A stretch of DNA of 64,000 nt, taken from positions 220 to 64,219 of the forward strand of contig MHHG01000012.1 of NCBI GenBank assembly GCA_001805965.1. The letters are read 5' to 3'. The DNA is from Omnitrophica WOR_2 bacterium RIFOXYA2_FULL_38_17 (GTDB lineage Bacteria > Omnitrophota > Gorgyraeia > Zapsychrales > Zapsychraceae). The notes beneath the pieces were generated by a model. That model was not told where the DNA came from. It did not search any database and worked only from the letters and a program-made list of their open reading frames with translations. The translations under genes and the position numbers were made by a program. Below are positions 57,461 through 64,000 of the stretch, in pieces (position 1 is the stretch's first letter; each line of letters starts with the position of its first letter).

Positions 57461-60400
57461 ATGAAAAAACTTTTCTTTCATTCTCTAATCTCATTGCTTT
57501 TACTGCAAACAGTCTTTTATAAGATATCCTATGCCCAAGCAGAAAAACAATCTGTTTCAGTCGCAAACCAAACAGAGCTCGAAACCCTTACAGAGCAGAA
57601 TATTTATATCCCTTACAAGATATTTGATGAGGTTTTGGAGAAAAAAGAAAAAGGAATTTTCATACCATATTCCGATTTCCTAAAATTATGGGAAGAAGCA
57701 ACAAAAAAACCCGCAGATAAGGTTATTTCGCCTCCTCCTTTGGATGCAGCCATAATCCATGCAAAATATACAGGCATTGTATATGATGATATTGCAGAAT
57801 TTAAGGCAGAGCTCAAAATATCTGCACTTAAAAAAAACTGGGCAAGCCTTATTTTAAACATTGAGAACATTGCCATAACTTCGTTTACCATAGATGGAAA
57901 AACACCTATTTTAAAACCCGTTGACAATGGCCTAGAATTAGTCCTTCCCGAAGAGGGCAACTATGTACTGCAACTCGAGTTTTCAACACGCGTAAATACT
58001 GCCCCTGGAAAGAATTTCATCAATTTCCAAATCCCCTCTTCACCTCTCACCAAAATTGATTTAACAATACCGGGAAAAGACCTTGATGTAAAGATTGAGC
58101 CCATGGTTTCCAGAAAAAGCAGCGTTGCTGGCGAAAACACATTATTTTCAGCCTTTTTATCTCCGGACGGAAAAGTTAATATAAGCTGGCTGGCTAAATC
58201 GCTGGAATCAAAAACCACAAAAAGCCTTATCTTTGCAAAATCTTCCAATGAGATATATATAAAAGAATCTGTCTACCTCATTAACACAAAGTTCGATTTC
58301 TCTATTATGCAGGCCAAGATCGATTCGCTTAAAGTTAAGATCCCTTCTACTTTAAGCCTTGTAAGAGTTGATGGTGAGAATATCAAGGATTGGAACCTCG
58401 GTGATGATGGCATTCTCTCTGTGAACCTTTATGAAAAAATAGACGGCAATTATAACCTATCAATTGGAACAGAAAAATACCGTGACATTGATGAAACAAT
58501 GTTTGAAATTCCGCAATTCGAGGTCATAGGTGCTCAGCGCGAAGACGGAGAAATAATTATTAAAGCTGAACCTTCTCTTCGTGTTCAAGTTGAAAAAAAG
58601 AACGGCGTTACACAAATAGACCCGAAAGAAATCGGCAACAGGATAGATTTCAATGAATTTGTTTCAGCGTTCAAATATTTCAGGCTTCCTTATACCGTAA
58701 GCCTCAACATATCTAAAATCAAACCAAAAATTACTGCCAAGCAGAACATCCTTATATCTTTCTCCGAAACTATTATTGATTATTACACTAACGTGAATTT
58801 TACCATTAAAGATGCAGGCTTATTCAAGTTCAGGTTCCTTATTCCTGATAACTTCAGAGTTTCCGAGATCGCTAATGACAATATAGTGGAAAGCTTTGAT
58901 ATAACAAAGGAAGGTGACAGCACTATACTCACAGTTGTTCTGAAGAATAAAGCATACGGTGATTTTATTCTTCCTATACACCTTGAAACAGATAAGGAAG
59001 ATAAAGCAGTTTCCAATAACATACCTAAGCTTCTATGCCTAGATGCAGAAAAAGAAGATGGTATTATTGCACTTTCTCTTAGGAAGAACCTTAAGCTTTC
59101 GACAGAAGACATAAAATCTCTTCGCCCCATAAGTCTTGAAGAACTGCAATCCCTTGGAATAAGAGCAATAGATCCAAAGAACGAGATTGCTGCCGGCTAC
59201 CGTTACTCAACAACCGATTATTCAAGCATTTTGAAAATTGACAAAAGAAGCACAAAGATCATAGCTAATGTGGAAAGGAACATTGACATCGAAGAAGCCG
59301 TAATGAAAATCAACGATGTTATACGCTATGATATCTTATATGCGCCTGTAAGCAAATTCATGATAGAACTTCCAGCATTAATCGGGAAGGACGCAGTAAT
59401 AACCGGAGACAATATAAAGGAAAAACGTTTCTCAACTGACATGGAATCTAATACGGGAATTTGGGAGATTGAGCTCCATTCGCCTATTTTAAACCAGTTT
59501 GTATTAAATGTCAGCCTTGAGAACAAGCTTCCTTCTGTTACAACTGATAACAAAATATCAATAAACATACCGCCAGTAAAAGTACTTGATGTCTTTAATG
59601 AATCCGGTGTTATTTCCATTACAAAGAGCCCAAACCTTCAAGTAACTGCAGAAGAAAACAATCTTGAACCTATCGACTCTAAAGAACTGCCATCGACAAT
59701 GAACAAGGATCAGAGCGTACTTGCTTTCAGATACCTTAATCATCCCTATTCTCTTTCACTTGAATCCACAAAGCACGAATATGAAAAGATCCTTGATACA
59801 ATTGTCAACCAAGCTCATTTTGACATTGTTGTATCCAACGAAGGCATCGCTAAAACAGAAGGGGTTTTTAAAATACAGAACACCAACAGGCAAAGCCTTG
59901 AACTAATGATGCCTGAAGGAACAGACAAGATATTTTCCGTGTTTATATCAGGCAAGAAAGCCAGCATATCTAAAGGCGAGTCTCCCAGAAGCAAGATCAT
60001 CATGCTCCCGAAAGACATAACACCAGGGCAAGAATTTTCTTTAAGGATAATATATCAATCCCAGCTTAGAAAAGACTTTGGATCGTTCGGAGGTCTTAAA
60101 GCAGAAAGCGCTGAAATTGTAGATATACCTTGTTCAAAGATCACCTGGAGAATTTACCTTCCAGATGAATATAGTTATATTTACCTTGACGGTTCTTTGA
60201 GCCAGAGCGGCATCAGGTCAGAGCCATTCAACGACATAAATCCCTACATGCAGTCACAACAGGTTCGTAGCCAGCAAAAAATTCAGCTGAACAATAAACA
60301 GATACCTCAACAATCAGATGAACAAGCCCTTTACGGGTTAGACATAGAGATCATTCGGGAAGGACGAATGTATTCATTCTCAAAGTTAGATAAGCAAGCA

Positions 60401-60724
60401 TACCTTAATGTCTGGTATGTAAAAAAACTTGCAATATTCCCAATATCCCTTATTATCATCGCTCTTGCGACAATAATGTTCACGCTAATACAAAATAAGT
60501 ATCCGGCAGATAAAATCAAGTTTATTTCAATAACGCTGGCATCAGCTTTAGCTCTTTTTATCCTTTTACCTCAGGGATTCAAGTTCTTCATTATACTTTT
60601 GCTTACAGGCTTTGTTATTTCTAAAGTGCCTCTAGCAAATAACTTTATTAATAACAGGTTGAAATATACAAAAAGCAAATCAAAAAAACCAATAAACCCT
60701 ACTGAAAACAGCATGGAAAATTAA
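57461..60724 (+). CDS. Giant secreted, membrane-anchored repeat protein (paralog 1; possibly BatD-like)
   Basis: About 1087 aa from the ATG at 57461, with a GGAGG RBS 7 nt upstream; the track ORF uses an upstream TTG at 57398. It has signal peptide MKKLFFHSLISLLLLQTVFYKISYA, internal roughly 150-aa repeats containing AFKYFRLPYTVSL and AFRYLNHPYSLSL, and two C-terminal TM helices. Confidence 0.5.
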   Translation: MKKLFFHSLISLLLLQTVFYKISYAQAEKQSVSVANQTELETLTEQNIYIPYKIFDEVLEKKEKGIFIPYSDFLKLWEEATKKPADKVISPPPLDAAIIHAKYTGIVYDDIAEFKAELKISALKKNWASLILNIENIAITSFTIDGKTPILKPVDNGLELVLPEEGNYVLQLEFSTRVNTAPGKNFINFQIPSSPLTKIDLTIPGKDLDVKIEPMVSRKSSVAGENTLFSAFLSPDGKVNISWLAKSLESKTTKSLIFAKSSNEIYIKESVYLINTKFDFSIMQAKIDSLKVKIPSTLSLVRVDGENIKDWNLGDDGILSVNLYEKIDGNYNLSIGTEKYRDIDETMFEIPQFEVIGAQREDGEIIIKAEPSLRVQVEKKNGVTQIDPKEIGNRIDFNEFVSAFKYFRLPYTVSLNISKIKPKITAKQNILISFSETIIDYYTNVNFTIKDAGLFKFRFLIPDNFRVSEIANDNIVESFDITKEGDSTILTVVLKNKAYGDFILPIHLETDKEDKAVSNNIPKLLCLDAEKEDGIIALSLRKNLKLSTEDIKSLRPISLEELQSLGIRAIDPKNEIAAGYRYSTTDYSSILKIDKRSTKIIANVERNIDIEEAVMKINDVIRYDILYAPVSKFMIELPALIGKDAVITGDNIKEKRFSTDMESNTGIWEIELHSPILNQFVLNVSLENKLPSVTTDNKISINIPPVKVLDVFNESGVISITKSPNLQVTAEENNLEPIDSKELPSTMNKDQSVLAFRYLNHPYSLSLESTKHEYEKILDTIVNQAHFDIVVSNEGIAKTEGVFKIQNTNRQSLELMMPEGTDKIFSVFISGKKASISKGESPRSKIIMLPKDITPGQEFSLRIIYQSQLRKDFGSFGGLKAESAEIVDIPCSKITWRIYLPDEYSYIYLDGSLSQSGIRSEPFNDINPYMQSQQVRSQQKIQLNNKQIPQQSDEQALYGLDIEIIREGRMYSFSKLDKQAYLNVWYVKKLAIFPISLIIIALATIMFTLIQNKYPADKIKFISITLASALALFILLPQGFKFFIILLLTGFVISKVPLANNFINNRLKYTKSKSKKPINPTENSMEN

Positions 60725-60738
60725 GGAGTCCAGGACAA

Positions 60739-63700
60739 TGAAAAAAAGATTATTATTCCTGATTTGCTTTTTTCTCCTTTGCTCCATTAATGACCCCGCT
60801 TCAGCAGAAAATGAGCTTCAGAACAGGACCAAGGAAACCTTTGTCTTCTTCCCTGCAGATGAGATCAAATCCGTTCTTGACATTGAAAAAGAAGGCATAT
60901 TTGTTTCGTATAAAGATTATAAGGAGCTTTACGAAAAAGCAAAGACTGAATTCTTAAAAATGAGGCGTGAAGTATTACCACCCCTTGAAATAAAACAACC
61001 TTATATTGTTCAGGCAAATTATTCCGGGACAATTAAAGGTGATATATTAGCAATTTCTGCCAACTACAAAATAGTGAACAACAACGAAAAGCCTCAAGTC
61101 ATGGAATTTCCTCTTGAAGGTGTCCTTTACCTTAATGCAACACTGAATGACAAAAAAGCTCTTTTCTATGATCAAGACGGCAACTACAAAATAGTCATAC
61201 CGAATAAAGGGGATTATACCCTATCTATAGACTTCTTAGTTCCTATAGATTTCAATAAAAAGAAAGGTATTATTTCTTTTAAAATCCCAAAGACCCTGTT
61301 AGGAGACATAACATTAGTTTCGGATCTTTTTTATGATATCAGGTTCCAGAACGTCCTATTCTCTTCTAAAAAACAAATTGATGACAAAATGGAATTTGTC
61401 GGATTTATCAGCGATAAAGACAATATTGCCTTCGAAATAACCAACCGCCGTACTTCAGGAGAGAAAAGAGTCAAAATAGTATCCGATGAGAAACACCAGG
61501 TAAACATTAATAACGATCTGATTGAACATACTGCCCTATATTCACTGGACATTCAAAACGGCAAAGTTAACAGCTTTGATCTTTCAATAGGAAAAAATAT
61601 TCACATTCATGACGTTTCAGGCAACGGCATTTCCGGATGGAGCCGAGAAAGTAAAACAGACACTGACATCTTGCATATAAATTTCCATGTTCCCTTAAAT
61701 GGAAAGACCTCTTTTTCATTAAAAACATATCAGTATAATGAAGAAAAAACCAAATCCTTTGAAATATCTGACATTCAGATAAAAGACCTGTTTGAAAGAA
61801 AAGGAATCCTTACAGTTTATTATGATGAAAACATAAGAATCGACACTGAAAACATAAAATTTTTACTGCCATTAAAAGGCCCTTCAATAACCGAGGATAC
61901 CGATGACAGCTGGCTTGTTTACAAGCAATTTCGCATCTTAAATCTTCCATATGAGATCTCTTTTTCCCTAAAAGATGTCCCCATCCAAACAGCTATGCAG
62001 CAATACAGCCAAATGAACATTGAGAGCTCTAAGATCAATCTTAATTCCCAGATCGTTCTTTCATCATTACCACAAGGAACAACTCAATTTGTCTTCCGTT
62101 ATCCCAAAGGTTACATATTAAGAGAAGTTTTTGCTTCGATAAACGATCAACCAGTTAAAGAGAATCACGAGATTAAAGGAGAAGAAAACAATCTTTATAT
62201 CGAAGTTCGTCAACCTGTAAGCTCAAAAGACACAATTTCTTTTTCAATACTTTCAGAACAATTCCTAGATGAAGAATCCTTGAAGAACAAATCTCAAACG
62301 ATTACCATTCCCGCCATAACTTATTCTCAAACACAAAATATGACAGGGACCCTTGAAATATCAATAGATGAATTATTCCTGCTCGAAGATATAATTCTTA
62401 AAGGATATATGCCTTCCGATATGATGATAGCTTCATCATCAGAGGCAAAAAACAAAATACTTTATTATAATTTCCGATCACTGTCACCCGAAGGCAGCAT
62501 ACTTCTATCTCTAAGAAAAGCTGAACAGACAACAAAATCAGTAACATTTTTAGCAGCCGATGAAAATTTGATACAAACAAATGCATATATACAATACGAG
62601 ATCACTGCAGGAAAAAAGGACAGCTTTTATTTTGCCATACCAAAATGGAATGATAGCAAGATAAATATAGAAGGCGAGAATATAAAAGAAAAAAAGAAAG
62701 TTAGCCTCGATAAACTACAAAAAGAGCTAAAAATCCCCAGCCTTCCTGATCTAGACAATTACGACATATGGAACGTTGTGCTTCAAAAAGAAGCAAAAGA
62801 AAGCTATCTGCTGGAAATAGACTATCAACAAATAATAGAGAAGTTCAATACTCTTGTGGATGTGCCACTTGTTATGCCTCTAGATGTTTTAAACGATACC
62901 GGCTATATTGTCCTTGAAGCAAGCAAGAATACTGAGATCGCCACAGAAAAATCCGGATTAAATGACATAGAAGCATATGAAATACCGAAATGGCCTTCTT
63001 ATACCCCATCAAACCGAATTGTCGAATCCCTTTGTTATTTTACACGGCCCTTTACTTTCAAGACAGCAGTTACGCGAAGAGATGAATCTCCCGTGCTTGC
63101 CTCCATTGCTGTAAGTGAGAACCATTCTTTTACTTTCGACACAGATTCTCCTGTCTTTTTTGAATCCAGCTACATAATAAAAAACACAAATCTTCAATTT
63201 CTTGAGATCCAGCTCCCTTCAAATTTTGAACTTTGGGGCGCAACCATACAAGGCAAAGGAATAAAGCCCAGAAAAGGCAAGAACAATCTTCTTCTGATAC
63301 CCCTTCCTGTTGATACTAATGAAAATATAGACCTTCGTCTAACAGGACAAATACCGAAAACAAGCAAAGGAAGCATCTTGAAATCACTTGTTCTTTATAG
63401 TCCAAAGCTTAACATTCCATCCCTTCAAACTAATGTTAATATCTATTTTCCTGTTGATTATTCTATTTTCAATATAAGTGGTAACTATGAATATTTTCCA
63501 GAACCAGATTATAAAAAACCTATGCTATTGTCATTATTCAGCAACTTATCATCATACTTTATACAAAATTTTGGCAATTTGACAAGTCCGGCCCTTTATG
63601 CCAGAAGAGGACTTCAAGGCAGGTTGAAATCCTCTTCAGACGATATAGGCGACCAGTTCAGTTATGGAACAATGCAACAATCAAGAGGCGGACGCCAAGT

Positions 63701-64000
63701 CTTCGTTGACAGAGAAGAAACATTGTCAGGCACCGTTCAATATGAACCATATTATTTATCTACTGATTACAACATCATCAGAGACGAATCTATTACCCAA
63801 GACGATAGTGCAGATATTTCAAGGTTCAAAACTTCTGGACCAAAACAACAAGATATTTTACAAGGCGATTATCAGAAAAAGAAAGGCATACTTTCATTGA
63901 ACATAAGCATACCAAAAGAAGGAGATTCTCTTTATGTTGATAAACTCTGGGGAAATAGCCGCCTCTCATTAACTTTTATTTCTGAAACATGGAAAAAATC
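60739..64000 (+). CDS. Giant secreted repeat protein (paralog 2), partial: runs off the window end
   Basis: An AAGGAG RBS sits 10 nt before the ATG at 60739. The signal peptide is MKKRLLFLICFFLLCSINDPASA. The N-terminal domain matches paralog 1 (EKEGIFVSYKDYKELYEKAKTE versus EKKEKGIFIPYSDFLKLWEEATKK) and it has the same FRILNLPYEISFSL repeat motif. The frame stays open for more than 1080 codons to the window end. Confidence 0.5.

Noticed and set aside
1-64000. A search for CRISPR arrays, tRNA/rRNA genes, integrases and transposases.
   Set aside because: I saw no regularly spaced direct repeats, no cloverleaf-compatible tRNA-like segments in intergenic regions, and no DDE or tyrosine-recombinase motifs in any ORF.

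Overview
This is a low-GC (roughly one-third G+C), densely coding bacterial window, with most genes on the minus strand. Gene content suggests an anaerobic, probably uncultured-lineage bacterium. I found no rRNA, tRNA, CRISPR array or transposase.

Main blocks, in coordinate order:
- 1-5.8 kb: a partial CDF transporter, an AlkD-like DNA glycosylase, a membrane polyferredoxin, a Tat-signal DUF362 protein and small membrane proteins.
- 5.9-18.2 kb: a complete bidirectional (group 3, Hox-type) [NiFe]-hydrogenase supercluster, rex-hypA-hypB-CBS-hoxF-hoxU-hoxY-hoxH-hoxW-hypF-hypC-hypD-hypE, all on the minus strand.
- 18.3-21.7 kb: an rRNA methyltransferase and an MBOAT acyltransferase with a probable SGNH-like partner.
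- 21.7-22.9 kb: an RcnA-like nickel/cobalt permease next to nikR.
- 23-29.8 kb: a metal and oxidative-stress neighbourhood (HTH-receiver regulator, MsrAB fusion, flavodoxin-like reductase, bacterioferritin-like protein, ZIP transporter, MntP, and an MnmC-oxidase-like plus MnmM-like methyltransferase pair).
- 29.8-30.5 kb: a degraded glyoxalase I pseudogene.
- 32.8-34.7 kb: a divergent GTP-type PEP carboxykinase on the plus strand with its own promoter and a bidirectional terminator.
- 34.8-49.8 kb: a roughly 15 kb minus-strand cluster that I rate the most novel-looking. It holds five radical-SAM enzymes (one B12-binding, several SPASM-like, three paralogous), a GT2 and a GT9 glycosyltransferase, a class III aminotransferase, two tandem paralogous periplasmic SGNH-hydrolase/TPR proteins, a split transketolase and a flippase-like membrane protein.
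- 50-52.8 kb: a lipoprotein, a YbaK-type deacylase, an SH3 membrane protein and small ORFs.
- 52.8-64 kb: a MoxR AAA+ / DUF58 / TgpA-like transglutaminase triad on the minus strand, transcribed divergently from two giant (>1000 aa) paralogous secreted, membrane-anchored repeat proteins on the plus strand; the second runs off the window.

All functional calls rest on motif and architecture recognition from the translated ORFs. No database searches were possible.
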